Counted from the first letter of the stretch, positions 1-13,605 are shown. The stretch: DNA of 64,000 bases from Eledone cirrhosa (GCA_964016885.1 OZ024741.1:348068001-348132000); one strand, 5' to 3'. Notes: a model not told the origin generated them from the sequence alone. Numbers and translations: made by a program.

Positions 1-110
1 CCGATAGGGGGTGGACGACCCTGGGGTGACTCGGGTACCCCACCAATCTTTAACCACCCTGCGCTTCTAGGGCACCCAGGGAGAGCCCCCCTCTCCTCAA
101 GTTAGCTAGC

Positions 111-3100
111 CTATATGCGCATGGTCAGAGTAGGCCCATTCACACGAGCCATTCTCGCCACATTCACCCAACTTTTATCAAATGTACTGGGGGAAGCACT
201 TCTCTCTCCATCCTCACCTTCCTTTCCAGGTGAAACTTGAAGAAGTTGATGAGAGATTGCCCGAAGAGAAAAGTATATGTCTTCAGTCCTTTTAAACTGG
301 TCCACCATATGACCTCTTTCGCAACTGCCACCAGACATAGGAACATTTCCTGGACTTCCTGACCTAAGCAAGGCGGGGGATAGATCTTCACTATGGACTC
401 GGCCGATAGCCGGATTCGTTCCACAAGCGACAGTAGCTGTTCGACATAACTCCACAAGTCAGTAATGCACGGACATTGGACAAGTGCGTGCAGAATGGTT
501 TCGTCGTTCTGTGCGCATCTTGGGCATGTCCGTCTGACAGCACTTCCTGCCTGTAGAGTTTATTCCGAACCGGCAGTGACCCCCGGTAGCACTGCAAAGC
601 TAGGGATTTCTGGAAATTGTCTATCGTCCCCGGCTCAAAAGTCCTCCGGTACAGACTGGACAGTTCGACTTCGTCGAGGCCGCCCAAACCTTCTCCGAGT
701 GCGTCATCGCACTTGCCACCACTAATCCTCTATAGAACTCGAGAGTCGAAGTTCGACTGATCGCATTGACCCGCTTGGTAGAGGGCTGTGAGTGCCTGGC
801 AAAATTCCAGGTGCCAGTCACATAGTCTCGGTCTCTTCTTGACCCAGGACTGCAACTCAGTCAAAGAAATGAGTTGCGGAAAGGCCCACGTGAGAAACGG
901 CGACCACACCTGTTCACCGTTGAGGCAGAATATCTGGAGATGTCGCAGCCTCAACGCATGCCTGCGCATGATTAGCCAGGGCATGCCCAGCCCTCCGCGT
1001 AGCGGGTGCTGGCAGCAGATGGACCGCCTCACCAACGGAACTTGTCCTCTCTACAAGAATTTGAAGAGGAGCCGTTCCAACTTGACGAGGCGCGGACGGG
1101 CGCAAGACACGACGGTCAGGCAGTAGTAGATGACGGACGCGTTGTACGCATTCGCCACCTCCGCGCGACCTTTCAGTGATAGATTCCTCCCAGCCCATTT
1201 TTGGGTGAGACTGGCTACTCTGCTCGTTACCTCGCCCCAATCCTTTTCCACCTGGAGGTCTGGTCCGAACCAAACCCCGAGCAACTTTACCGGTCCGTCC
1301 GTCCAGTGCCCCACGACGCTGTTGGACGGCATGGGCTTACCTCTCCAGGTTCCGAGCTGCAAGCCCACCCACTTTTCCGGGTTAAATTTGGCTCCTGTCA
1401 ACCTTTCATATTCCTTCAATAAGGTACCGACCACCTCGATTCCTGAGGTGTTCGACACCATCACGGTGATGTCGTCCGCATAATCCGACATCGCCTTTCC
1501 ACGTCCCGGTTCGAACGGGATGCCCTGCAACAGCTCCAGCTTCCGCAGTAAAGGCTCAAGAGTCAATACGTACAGAAGGGAAGAGAGAGATCACCCTTGA
1601 CGGACCGATCGGGAGAGCCGAAATGGTTCCGAGAGGTGGCCATTAACCTTGACCACCGAGCGTGTGCCGCTGTGCATTGCAGCGATCCAGCTTCTGAGGA
1701 CAGACGAATCCATCTGCTTTGAGGACAAACTCCAGATACCGATGGTCAACCCTATTGAATGCTTTCGATTGATCTAAATTTATCAGTGCCCCACCGAAGC
1801 AAGGTTTACACCTTACCCTCTCTATGATGTATCGCATGAGGTGAAGATTGTCGTGTATGGACCTGCCTGGGATTGCGCAAGTTTTCACCTCCCCAACCAA
1901 ATTCTCGACTTCAAGCGCCAATCTCTTTGCTAACACCTTTGCCAACATCTTAAACTCTGTGTTGAGCAGAATTATGGGCCTGAAGTTGTCTAATGTAACC
2001 CACTTGCTCTCGTCTTTCCTTATCAGCGTCACCACTCCCCTGCTCACAGAACTGGGAATACTCCCATTCTGCTGCCAGTTGCAGTAAAGTGCTACGAGGA
2101 GTTCGGAGAACATGTCTGGCATATTTAAGTAAAGCTCGTAGGGCAGGCCATCCAAACCGGGTGACTTCCGCCTTATGCAGCCGACAAGGGGGACTTGAAT
2201 TTCGGCTGATGTAATCGGCCTTTCGCAGCGCTCAGCGTCGACCGCCGAGATGCGCGGCAAGCCGTCAAGATAGGGACTGAAATCCGCTACTCTCTCTGAC
2301 TCGCCACTCTCCCCGAACAACCGAGCAAAGTGCTGGCGAAAGGCCTCACACATCCGCTTGGAATCGCTTATCTCGTGTCCGTCTCGGTCCGCCAAAAGAC
2401 TGAATTGTGGTTTTATTACCACGCTGCGCCTCCGCCACGCGGGCCCATCGAACAGCTTTGGTTCCCTAGTTTCTCAGCGCACGCGCCTTAGCTCTGACAA
2501 TGCAACCTACGTGTTTTGCATTGAAGAAATGGTCTAATGCCATTCTCGCCGCTAGCACGTCAGCTGCAATGCCACTACAGATAGCCTCGTCTAACTTATC
2601 TACCAGCTCCCCCTTCGTTCTATTTTTCTGTAACGCTAGTTCTTTGTGGAACTCTATCGAAGTTACTCTAATCTTTCTTTTGAGAGCCCCCACCATCTGT
2701 TGTTGATGATCCCCCCTGTCAACTTTTGCTTAACAAAATTGTTGACTCGGTCCCTGTAAGCCTTACGTGCCGGAAATGACATGTTCAGCTTCCAGTAACC
2801 GGGTCCTATCCTACGCGTGTTATCTAGGTCGACCGTACAGATCACAATTTTGTGATCTGAATAGGCGACCGTTTTAAAATGTGGGCAGCCCATACTATTT
2901 CTATCTATTTTCCTAATGAAGATCCTGTCTATATACGATCTAGATGACCCCATTCGGTTGGTCCATGTCCATACTGGCACATTGGGGAAATCTAGTCGAT
3001 ATCTGTCAGACACTTGGAACTGGCTGAGTAGGTGCTTGAGGCTTTTGCACCCCCCGCTCCTATCGGCTACTCCCACACAATCCCAGCGTGCGTTTAAGAT

Positions 3101-3529
3101 GCCATTCCAGTCCCCCGCTAACAGTAAAGGGCGAGACGTACCCAGAAAGGTTTCAAGGCGCCTAAAGAAGTCCGGTCGTCCCGCACCTGTAGGGGCGTAG
3201 ACAGCCAGCGGTCTAAAGGCACCACCTTCGCTACTGCTCACATCCAAGACCACCAACTTACCGTCCGGGTCCAGAAAGATCGACTTTACCTCGAGATCCA
3301 GTCCTTTCCTAAACAGCACTGCCACTCCAACCCCATTCCCGGTCTGCTAAAAGATGCAAAGATCTGATAGTCGTCGAAAATAGGGACTAGTGCGCGCGCG
3401 TCGGAATTCAGTCCCGCTGACGGCAATCGCATCCATTTCCAGCGACCTGAGGTCGTTGAGCAGGCGACCCTGCTTCCAGGGTGACCGCAGGCCGCGAACA
3501 TTTAAACGTCCTACTCTTAATAAGGCCAT
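111..3529 (-). pseudogene. ORF2 (APE endonuclease + reverse transcriptase) of the Tx1/L1-like element, broken by frameshifts
   Basis: APE motifs LNVRGL, VYAPT, AGDWN, WTWTN, YIDRIF, SDHK, GPGYWKLN; RT motifs KSPGLDGLPYELY, FRPIILLN, GRSIHDN, LDQSKAFNRVDH, YADDITV. Confidence 0.92.
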
Positions 3530-3562
3530 ATTGGTAAGCTAAGAGAGAGAGAGAGGGAAGGT

Positions 3563-4537
3563 TTACTTAGCTCCCGGAGTCTTGAGAAGGTCGAGTGGTT
3601 CGACCTCCATGGTTGGTGGGGTTTCTTTTGGGAACCCCTTTAAAAGTCTTGATGTGGGTTTCACATTCGGGATCCCACGTCTTGAGGAAAGCTCTCTCGA
3701 ATTCCTTTGAAGGAATTGAGTGACATTTGGACCAGAAGCAAATCTTCTGGCACGCAAAATGTGCTCATTTCAAAAATCTCCCCCTCTGTTTGAATGGCCT
3801 CACTTCGTGCTAAGAGAGCCATCAGTTTATCGTTGGCCCTTCTGACAAGCACGAAGTTTTTTACATTTTGTTGGTGTGGTTATATTTGTTTTCGTTTTGG
3901 TGAATGTGATGGTGATGGTTTTGGTGGTGTTGTTTCGGGTATGTCTGTGTTTGTTGTAGGTGTGGTGTCTGCAATTTCAGGTATTTGTGTGTTTATTTGT
4001 ACTTGTTTGTTCAGGTTGTTTGCGTTTCGGGGATTGTGGAGGTCGTGTCGATGTTGCTGTTGGTGATGATGTTATTTGGGAAGTGTTTGCGTTAGTGGTG
4101 TCTGTATTTTTTGTTGTGTATGTTTTTGTGTTTTGATGGGGCTTTTTTGTGAGCTTTCTCTGTTTTTTTGCACTTTTGGGTTTCCCTTCATCTTCGCTAC
4201 TGGAAGACAAAGGGTCTGTGATGTGAATGTCTCTGTGTCTGTGTGTGCGTTTATTGTTTTGTCTATGTGTATAATTGGGGGTGGGGGTGGGAGACCATTC
4301 CTCGTTTTCCCCTTGGATTGGTTTTGGTGTTGGTGGTGATCCGGCTGTTTTTGATGTTGGTGTCTGTGTTTTTGTTGGTGTTTTTTTGGTGGTGGTGGTG
4401 GTGCAGCTTTCCGTGCTGACACTGGCGTTGGCAACATAGGAGGTTTGCGACCCCTGCATTTTTGCGCTGAGGGCAGAAGGCTTGCAGATGCGTTGCTTCC
4501 ACGCAGACGAAGCAGCGTGGCCTTCTTCCGTCAATGA
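3563..4537 (-). pseudogene. ORF1 (gag-like) C-terminal part with CCHC zinc knuckle and low-complexity T/K/P linker
   Basis: Minus strand near 4535 reads IDGRRPRCFVCVEATHLQAFCP (CX2CX4HX4C); ends about 33 nt upstream of the ORF2 ATG. Confidence 0.8.
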
Positions 4538-4867
4538 TTAGTAATAATAATAATAATTTAAAACAACTGTGATAGAATAATTCTTATTACAAATGTAATA
4601 TAAGATTACAGTTTTGAGCCTCAGCAGGCAACAAGGCATCACATTACGGCATAGGGCCGCAATATTTTATATTTAATTTTGGATCAGAAATGTTATAGTC
4701 GAAAAAGAGAAAATGGCTAAGTGGACAGACAAGCAAATAATTTCACCACCAACACCACCACCGCCACCATCACCACTACCACGCCAAAAACTCTAGTCAA
4801 GTTATCTCAACTTCTATTTCTACTTCAACTTCAACACCATCACTACAGTACAACGATTATATCACCA

Positions 4868-5000
4868 ACACCACTGCCTCATTATCGCTACCGCTGCTAT
4901 TTTCTCCCACTACATCCTGCTAAGTACTACTAGCACATCACCACCACCACTGCCTCATTATCGCTACCGACGCTATTCTCTCTCACTACCTCCTGCTAAG
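4868..5000. repeat. Local tandem duplication (~55 bp x2) in CAC-rich low-complexity DNA
   Basis: caccactgcctcattatcgctaccg...cctgctaag occurs at ~4870 and ~4945. Confidence 0.7.
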
Positions 5001-5266
5001 ACAGGCATCATAGTATTCCCACTAAATGAGAAAGGTATCAAAAGATATAAAAAGACTGATTTGATGACCCGGTCAAAAAATCAAAATCAAAACAGCACAG
5101 CAGCAACGAAAAACGTAAAGAAAAGAAAAAAGAAAAGAAAAACAAACAGACAGACAAGCAAAAAAAACTAAGTCAGACATTCAAACATTACAATACAATG
5201 AAACTTATGCTTATTTTTTTTTTTTTTTACCTATTTGCTTGTTTGTTTATTTATGTTCGTCTACAG

Positions 5267-5997
5267 CACAGGTTCTCAACCCATTTAGGCCAAACGCCTC
5301 CTTTTGCCCCCCGAAATTACTAAATTCCCCACCCCACCCCACCTCCCTCCCCCGCCACCCTATTTTTTTCATTTTTCAATATACTACTGATTTTTATATC
5401 AGTAGATTACTAAAAAATTGATTAACAATATTCCAAAGATTTGTGTATTATCTGCTTATGTGTTGTATGTGGTCCTAGATGTGTGTGCTACTCGCTTCTG
5501 TTTTTTTCTTTTCTTTTTTTTTTATTTGTAATATTATTTATACAATAGGGAATAAAATAGATCTACATAGTGTTAACTCGTTGCAGCTGAGTCAATAATT
5601 TCAGACATGAACTACATTGTTATCGGTGAAGGAAAGATAAGATTCTAACTGGCTGCGCTCAAAGTGTCTTTGACCCAGTTGACTGTGGGTTTTTCCATTT
5701 TTAGGATCTCAATTACCGGTTAACCTCTCAATTACCAGACATGCCTGGACACCTGCTCACGGCTGCGGTCAGACTATAGTTATGCTGTCTGCAAGCTCAT
5801 TCAAATGCATTCACAATGGCTGTCTCAGAGACATACAAATATGGCTTATAAAACTTACCAAAATAAAGAGCCTTCCAGCGCCCCCTGACCCCTTCCCCCA
5901 CTCCAAATGCCCACCTAACGCGACCTTGCTCCCAAACGCCCCCCTGGAGTTCCGAAACGCCCCCGGGGGTGCATATACCCCCCATTGAGAACCTTTG
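5267..5997. mobile_element. Non-autonomous hAT (Charlie/Buster-like) DNA transposon
   Basis: TIRs CACAGGTTCTCAA / TTGAGAACCTTTG; perfect 8-bp TSD GTCTACAG at 5259-5266 and 5998-6005; GC-rich subterminal motifs; no transposase ORF. Confidence 0.9.
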
Positions 5998-6005
5998 GTC
6001 TACAG

Positions 6006-7380
6006 CGTGATAGTGCCACGCTAAAATCACCGGTGGTTATGTAACCATACATTCGCCTATCCTCGATAAGAGTGTTTCAATGTCGAACTTAAACAGTTCG
6101 AATAACGGTGAAGTGGAGACTGGAATGCTATGTGACAGACTCTCACCCAGCAGTGGCTCCCTGGCACAGCAGCAGGGAATTGGCTGTCAACCAAATACTG
6201 CTGGTGTCGGAGGAAGAAGAAAGAAAGGGACCAAAACCAACTGGACGAAAGAATTGAATAGAACTGTTATGCAATGTTACCTGAAGAGTAACCCCAAAGG
6301 CTATAGGAAATGGATGCATAACATCTGGAACGAGATTGGTCTATTTAAATTAGATGGACAAAAATTGGCCGGGCAGGCTCGGGTAATAAGAACTAATGGG
6401 TGGATAAGCGAGCTGGAACTAGAGGAACTGAGCAGAGAGATTAGGTTGGAAATGGAGGGTGGAGTAAGCCAGGCAAACGAGCCAGTGGGAAATGAAGGCG
6501 AAGAGGTTGAGAGAACGGAGGAACCATCCGAAGCAGACAATGATCTGACTGCTGAAATAAATAATACCTGGAACAAAGATACGGCCATTGAAGAGATGAA
6601 TGCTGACGGGCTAGGACAAGATTTGGTTGATATCCTAAACTTAGTGGTAGATGAAATGAACAAGATTTGTAGATAGGAAAAAGTTAAAAGAAACCACAGC
6701 TAAGGTAAACAAAGTCATCCCATACCTTAAGGCAGGAAGCCTTCACCAGTTCAACAATATCCACAAAGCAACAGCAAATGCGGTGAGGAAATTACTTGGC
6801 TAAAAGTGAGAGGAAACACAAAACAAGAAAGATCAGAACCTTGGTGGAAGAAACGACTGAATGGTCAAATCAGGGAAATGAGAAATGACATTGGAAAGCT
6901 TGAGTCACTACTGAATGGGACACTAAAAAACATAGGCACTAAAAATAGACTGGAAATAAAATACAAAACTAGGAGGAAAAAGCTAAATATTATGATAGAG
7001 GAACTGAAGCAACGCATTGTAGCAAAGAGTGCAAATATTAGCCGATACGAGAGCAGAGTCAGTCAGTATAGACAGAACCACATGTTTGACAACAACCAGA
7101 AGATGTTGTTTGGACAGCTTGAAGGGAAAGAAAGAGGTAACGACTTGATCCCTGAGGCGGAACAAACTAAGACATTCTGGAGAGGAATATGGGAGCAGGA
7201 TGTTAAACATAATGACCAGGCAGTGTGGATTGAGACAGTACAAAAGGAGATTAGTGAACAGGCACACCAACAAACTAATTTGAGTATCACAGTTGAAACT
7301 CTCAAAGGGCAGGCCAAAAAAATAACGAACTGGAAATCACCAAGCCCAGATGGTGTGCAGGGGTATTTGGATTAAAAACG
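6006..7380 (+). mobile_element. R4/Dong-clade RLE non-LTR retrotransposon, segment A (N-terminal part, ends at start of RT)
   Basis: WTKELNRTVMQCYLKSNPKGYRKWM...QKLAGQARVI...WISELELEE, PWWKKRL, KQRIVAK..RY..R..QYRQNHMF, FWRGIW, NWKSPSPDGVQGY. Confidence 0.88.
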
Positions 7381-7967
7381 AAACATCTCTCCACCCGAAA
7401 CTGACTTTCACCAACACCAGAAACTTGATACACCACCTATCCCATCACACTAAATATAACAGCCAGATAACGGCAATTTCACCAGCATCATAATAATAAT
7501 TACTATTATTATTGTCTCAAATTTAAAAAAAAATGTTTAATTCCAATTTTACGAGAATATGTCAACACAAAATATAATAAAAATATATATTAAACATACG
7601 AACACAAATTCATAGATACTACATATCAGTAACCACAACGCCACCGCTGCCACCACCCCACCCATCCATCATTGCTACCACTATCCCATCGTTGCCGCCA
7701 CCACTCCTTCAATGCTACCACCACTATTCCCCTGTTAACTTGAGAGAGAAGGAGGAAGGTGGCGGTATCACTAGACAAGGGAGAGGCTAGCAAAAGATAT
7801 AAATAGATTGACTTAGTGACCTGGCCACCGGCCAAACGTCAACATCAACAACTATGGGACTGCTGGCTCACCCCTTTCTCACCAACAATATAAAAAGCCC
7901 CGGCACCACCACCGACATAGCCAACAACAATAACAGCCAACTACAACAAAAAGTATGTTATATTATT

Positions 7968-8024
7968 GTAATGCACTGGGTGATTGCTGGCCTTGTGCCT
8001 GGAGTGGAGACAATTATTAATAAT
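7968..8024 (+). mobile_element. 3' fragment of SINE family 1
   Basis: gtaatgcactgggtgattgctggccttgtgcc...acaattatt matches the tail of the 16329-16508 SINE. Confidence 0.65.
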
Positions 8025-8080
8025 TTCATTCTTAAGCCACGCAATGCTCACGTTAAGGAACCACTCATGATAATAACAAT

Positions 8081-11000
8081 TTAAAAAAACAACAAAAAGA
8101 AAACCCCGTGACCAAAAAATACCGGGATGGCGGCCGGCGGGGAATAGCCGTGTCTCTAGGGGAGAATGACCCCTCTAGTCTTGGTTGACACTCGTTCTAG
8201 AAGTGGTAACACGAAATGATTACCCCTTGGCGGAGAAGGATAAAACGCGACAAAATAAAGTAAATATCTAATGATAAAATCTCATACCGGATCGGCCGTC
8301 ACCCGGGTAAAACAGGGCCGCGTCCCTCAGAGAGGAACCAGACTGGGGTCGAGAAATCAGCTATGGTTCAAACCTTCCCATCATTTCGGAGCTGGAGACC
8401 TCCCATAACCGGAATACTCCTACTGTTGGCCCTCCATGCTCACCACCAAGAAATCCAAAGAAAAAGAGAGAAAAATGGTCAAGGGAAGATAATAAAGAAG
8501 TTCTTGAGGCTTTCTACACTGCCATGTACTACCCATCAAATACATCGAATACAGAACAGACATATATCAACTGGAAAAAGAAACATCCCGAACACAGAGG
8601 CTATATTGACAGTAACAAACTAGCCAATATACGAAGAAATATTGTAAGAAAAAAGTTACTAACTGATATAGAAATTGATCAGATCAAGCTATTAGCACAA
8701 AGTCAGCGAAGGGAAAATGAAACATGTGTCAGTGAAAATGAGGTAAACTGTAACACTTCGAACCCCAGGGTTGGGGCGGAATCACTGGCAACAGAACAAA
8801 TTAAAGAAAGGATCGAAAAAGTGGAGGGAGTGCATGCTCAGGATGAAACTCCAAATGAAAATAATGAGATCGTAAATGATAAAGAAATGAATGAGAATGA
8901 ACTTGACAACGTGAAGGATGAAATTATGATCGAATGGATGAAAATGAAATAATCTGACATGGGGCAACGAGACACCCTCCCTAATATCCAGAACTCCAAA
9001 CAGAACCAAAAGATGATACACAAGACTAACATAATTCTCAAAAACATTATCATCACAAACAAACTAAACATTACTGATTTAAATCATCTCTATTATGCAT
9101 CGGCTAAAGTCACCACTCACTTATGTGGAGTGAAGATGAAAAAACAAAGGAATTCCCACAAGAAATCTACTTGGCAAGAGAACATCAATCGCAAAATAAA
9201 CCTTCTCCGATCTGACATAGAAATTTTAACAAACTATTAAGTAGGTGAACATGTTAAACAAACTAAACTTAGAAAATTGAAAAGAAAGTACAGTATAAAA
9301 CCAACAAGTGACATAGGCATGCTGATAGAAATAATCAAGCAAAAAGTGTCGGCCAAAGCTGCTCGTATAAGGCGCTTTGAAAAACGATCTAGATTCTATA
9401 AGGACAATAATATGTTCAAAAACAACCAAAGAAACTTCTACAGAAAAATTGGTAAGTCAACAATAACTGCTAAATCAATACCACTCAAGGAGGAAGTGCA
9501 AGAATTCTGGGAAAAGATCTGGGCCGAAGAAAAAGTTCAAACATGCCCCATGGATAGACAGACAAATGAAAGATACAGCTCACCTTGAGGAACAAATATG
9601 GGAAAATATAACAGTTGACTCTAAGAAAAACCAGCAAATGGAAATCCCCAGGAAAAGACAAAATACAAAACTTTTGGATAAATGCCTTCACAGTCTCATG
9701 AGCTGTTAGCCCAACTTTACAATGACATAGTTAAGGAGCCAGAAAAGATACCATCATGGCTAGTTAACGGCATTACATTCCTGCTTCCGAAGAATGATGA
9801 GACAAACAATCCCAAAATTTACAGACCGATAACTTGCTTGACCACAATGTATAACATTTTAACATCAGTCCTAACTGAATACACATATGACCACCTGATA
9901 ACAAATGACCTATTTCCCATTGAGCAGAAAGGGTGTAAACGAGGCTCATATGGCTGTAAGGATCAGCTTCTGGTTAACAAAATGATACTGGAAGATTGTC
10001 ATAATAGACACAAAAATCTATCGATTGCTTGGATAGATTATAAAAAAGCATTCGATAGTTTGCCATACAGTTGGATTGAAAAATGTTTAGAGATTTTCAA
10101 AATATCCCCCGTTGTCAGGAGGTTTTTGTCATTCAGTATGAAGACATGGAAAACGACACTCCTTTTGAATAGTGAAACAACATCACTGGAAGCTGGAGAA
10201 GTTAATATTAATTGTGGAATTTTTCAGGGGGACTCTTTATCACCGCTTTTATTCTGCATCGCACTTATACCATTAAGTAAAATGCTCAATGAAACAAAAC
10301 ATGGATATAAAGTCTATGACAAAACCATTATTCACTTGTTCTACATGGATGACCTGAAACTATTTGCAAAAATTGATGAACAATTGCAAGGGCTATTATC
10401 CACTGTCGAGCAGCTCAGTGATGACATTAACATGGAGTTTGGACTAAATAAATGCGCCAAAGCAACGTTCACCAGAGGAAAGCTGCTGAAAAGTTCAGAC
10501 ATTAATCTTGATCGAGGGAATGTGATAAGAGAACTTGATCAAGAGGAAACTTACAAATATCTAGGTGTTTGTGAAGGAGACGGAATCAAGCACTCGACAA
10601 TAAGGGAAAGGATAAGGATGGAATGTTACCGCAGGGTAAGAGCAATCTTAAGAACGGAATTGAATGCAAGGAATAGGATCGATGCCATAAACACGTTTGC
10701 CATACCAGTAGTAACCTACAGTGACAGTGTCATCAACTGGTCAAGCACAGAGATACGTAGGCTCGATACAAATATTTGAAAATTCTTAACCATGCACAGA
10801 ATGCATCACCCTAAGGCAGATACAGATAGAATATATCTCTCTAGGAAAGAAGGAGGACGTGGGTTAATCCAGCTAGACATTGCGTTGAAAACTGCAACAA
10901 TTGGATTATCTACATATCTAAGGGAATCACATGATTGGATGATCAAACTCGTTTTGAAACACGAAAGCATCAAAAGATCATACTCTATTACAAAAGATGC

Positions 11001-12034
11001 ACACAGATACAGTAATGGACTACACATTTCAGAAGTCCCATTTACTGCTGAAATGGAAAACACAGAAAAAGCAAAGCAGGTTAAAGTAACTGCAAAGAAA
11101 GAAGAGCTACAGGAACTGGCTAAGAAATGGCAAGAAAAGCCTCTGTATGGAAAATACCCAGAGCAATCTAACAATCCATCAGTGGTTGGCATCATCTGGA
11201 CTGAAATCGGAGACTGAAGGACTGACTAAATCAGCACAAGATCAGTGTCTGCCAACAAAAAATTACCAAGCCAACATAATAAAAAAAGGATGCAGCCCAT
11301 TATGCCGTATATGTAAAAAACAACCAGAGACCATTGACCATATAATTTCAATGTGCAGTCCTATAGCTCCAACCGAATACCTAAACAGGCATGACAGAGC
11401 TGCACAATACATACATTGGATAATGTGTAAGCATTTTGACCTGCCCCAACAAAAGAATTGTTGGGAGCATCAACCACCTCCCATACTTGAAAAAGATCAC
11501 ATCTCAATCTTGTGGAACTTTAGCATCCAAACAGACCGAAAAATAGATGCAAATAGACCTGATATAACATTGAAGGACTTTAAAAAAAAAGGGTATGCCT
11601 GCTAATTGATATGTACGTTCCAATAGACAAAAATGTATCTATAAAAACATTTGAAAAATTGAGCATGTATACGGACCTGGAGATAGAAATTGGAAAAATG
11701 TGGAAATTGAGAAGTAACACAATACCAGTGGTTGTAGGCGCTCTAGGAATGATACCTCAGGGGTCTAATGATTACTTATCGCAAATCCCAGGAAACCCGC
11801 GTATAGGAGAAATACAAAAGATAGTACTAATGGGAACTGCCCATATACTAAGGAAGATTCTGTCAATATAAGTACATCACAAGTCTAAACACTAAAGATG
11901 CATGTGTGAGTATGTATGTTCTTTCTTGAACATGGCGGACCTTGCTGTCTCTTGAGGTCACTGGTTGTGACTTGGTGATAAGTCGTATGAACATAAAGCA
12001 AAATAAATGCTGCTGTAATAATAATAATAATAAT
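8081..12034 (+). mobile_element. R4/Dong-clade RLE retrotransposon, segment B, near full length, frameshifted, with (TAA)n tail
   Basis: RT motifs YRPITCL, EQKGC, WIDYKKAFDS, GIFQGDSLSPLLF, FYMDDLKL, FGLNKC; CCHC CRICKKQPETIDHIISMC; RHD; RLE RPDI...K..Y.DL..EI..MW; ends HILRKILSI*, 3' UTR and taataataa tail at ~12016-12034. Confidence 0.93.
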
Positions 12035-13605
12035 ACTGGTCTTGCCATGGGATGGATAGACTACAAAAAGGCATTTGACATGGTGCCTCATTCTTGGATC
12101 ACCAAAAGCCTAGAGATCTTCAAGGTGGCAGATAACATCAGACAGTTGTTGGTCAAAGGTATGAAGTCCTGGGAAACAGAGTTAACATCAGCTGGAGATT
12201 CCTTGGGAGGCGGGAAGATCAAAAGAGGCATCTTCCAGGGAGATAGTCTGTCCCCTCTGTTGTTTGTCCTTGCCCTGATACCCCTGACCATTATACTGCG
12301 AAAAGTGAGAGCAGGATACAAGTTGGGAAAGGGAGAACTTACCATCAATCACATCCCCTTCATGGACGATCTTAAGCTCTTCGGGAAGAGTGAGAAGGAG
12401 TTGGATGTGCTTGATGATACTGTCCGTATTTTCAGCAGTGATGTATGTATGCAATTTGGTATTAGTAAGTGTGGAGTCCTTGTGACGAAGAGGGGTAAAT
12501 TGAGCAGAAGCAACGGAATCCAGGTACCAACAGGTGAGATGATAAAGGAAATTTCCACTGAAGAAGGATACAAGTATTTGGGTGTTCTGGAGGCTGATGA
12601 TATCAAGAACAAAAAATTGAAGGAATTGTTAAGAACTGAATACATTAGGAGAGTAAGGAGCGTATTAAAGTCACATCTGAACAGTAGGAATACCATAAGT
12701 GCAGTAAATTCCCGAGCTGTGTTTATTATTAGGTACAGTGCGGGAATTCTGAGATGGAATGTTGCTGAACAAAAAGAAATGGATAGGAAGACTAGGATGC
12801 TATTGACTATCTACAACATGTTCGACAAGAGGAGTGATGTCGATAGACTCTACTTAAGGAGATCTGAAGGTGGAAGAAGTCTTATCAGCATAGAGGACTG
12901 TGTTCAGATGGAGAAAAACAACCTACACAAATACGTGACTGATAGTAAGGAGCCAATGCTCAGTATTGTACTGAGGGAAAGGACAATAGACCAGGGGATG
13001 TCCAAGGAGGAAATAACAACAAGGAGAAAGAGCACCCTTCAGGAAAAATCCCTTCATAATACCTTCTTTGAGAAAACTGAATTCAGAGATCCACAGACAT
13101 GGAACTAGTTGAAAAGAGGAGACCTTTAAAAGGCTACAGAAGGAATGTTAATGGCTGCGCAAGAGCAGGCCCTCAAAACTAAGTGGTTGAAAACCATATT
13201 TACAAGGAGGAGGCTAGCCCACTGTGCAGGATCTGTGGAGAGAGAGAGGAGACTGTGGCTCACATTGTATCCGAGTGTAAACACCTAGCCCAGACTCACT
13301 ATAAGGGCTGGAGATATGATATGATGGGCATTGTGATCCATTGGCACCTATGCAAAGTAAACAATTTACCACATTTCGAGAAGTGGTATGAGCATAAGCC
13401 AGAGCCGGTGATAGAAAACGATCAGGTGAAGGTGCTGTGGAATTTTAGGATGCAGACGGACAAGAAACTGGAACACAATAGACCTGACCTGGTGGTTTTG
13501 GACAAAGAAAAAAGATCGTGCCTAATTGTGGATGTGCCTGCCCATTCGACACGAGAGTGCAAGAGAAGGAGAGGGGGAAAATTAACCAATACCAGGACTT
13601 AAAGC
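12035..13605 (+). mobile_element. R4/Dong-clade RLE retrotransposon, segment C (RT to endonuclease, truncated at both ends)
   Basis: WIDYKKAFDMVPHSW, GIFQGDSLSPLLF, FMDDLKL, YKYLG, CRICGEREETVAHIVSEC, NRPDLVV. Confidence 0.92.

Larger units (their letters stand above)
1..4540 (-). mobile_element. L1/Tx1-clade non-LTR retrotransposon, 5'-truncated, frameshifted; 3' UTR runs off the window start
   Basis: Collinear ORF1 knuckle, APE endonuclease, RT and C-terminal domain on the minus strand; GC-richer than flanks. Confidence 0.92.

Noticed and set aside
11942-12034. N-terminal extension of the 388-aa RT ORF (MLSLEV..CCCNNNNNN)
   Set aside because: Chance in-frame fusion of the Dong B 3' UTR/(TAA)n tail to segment C.
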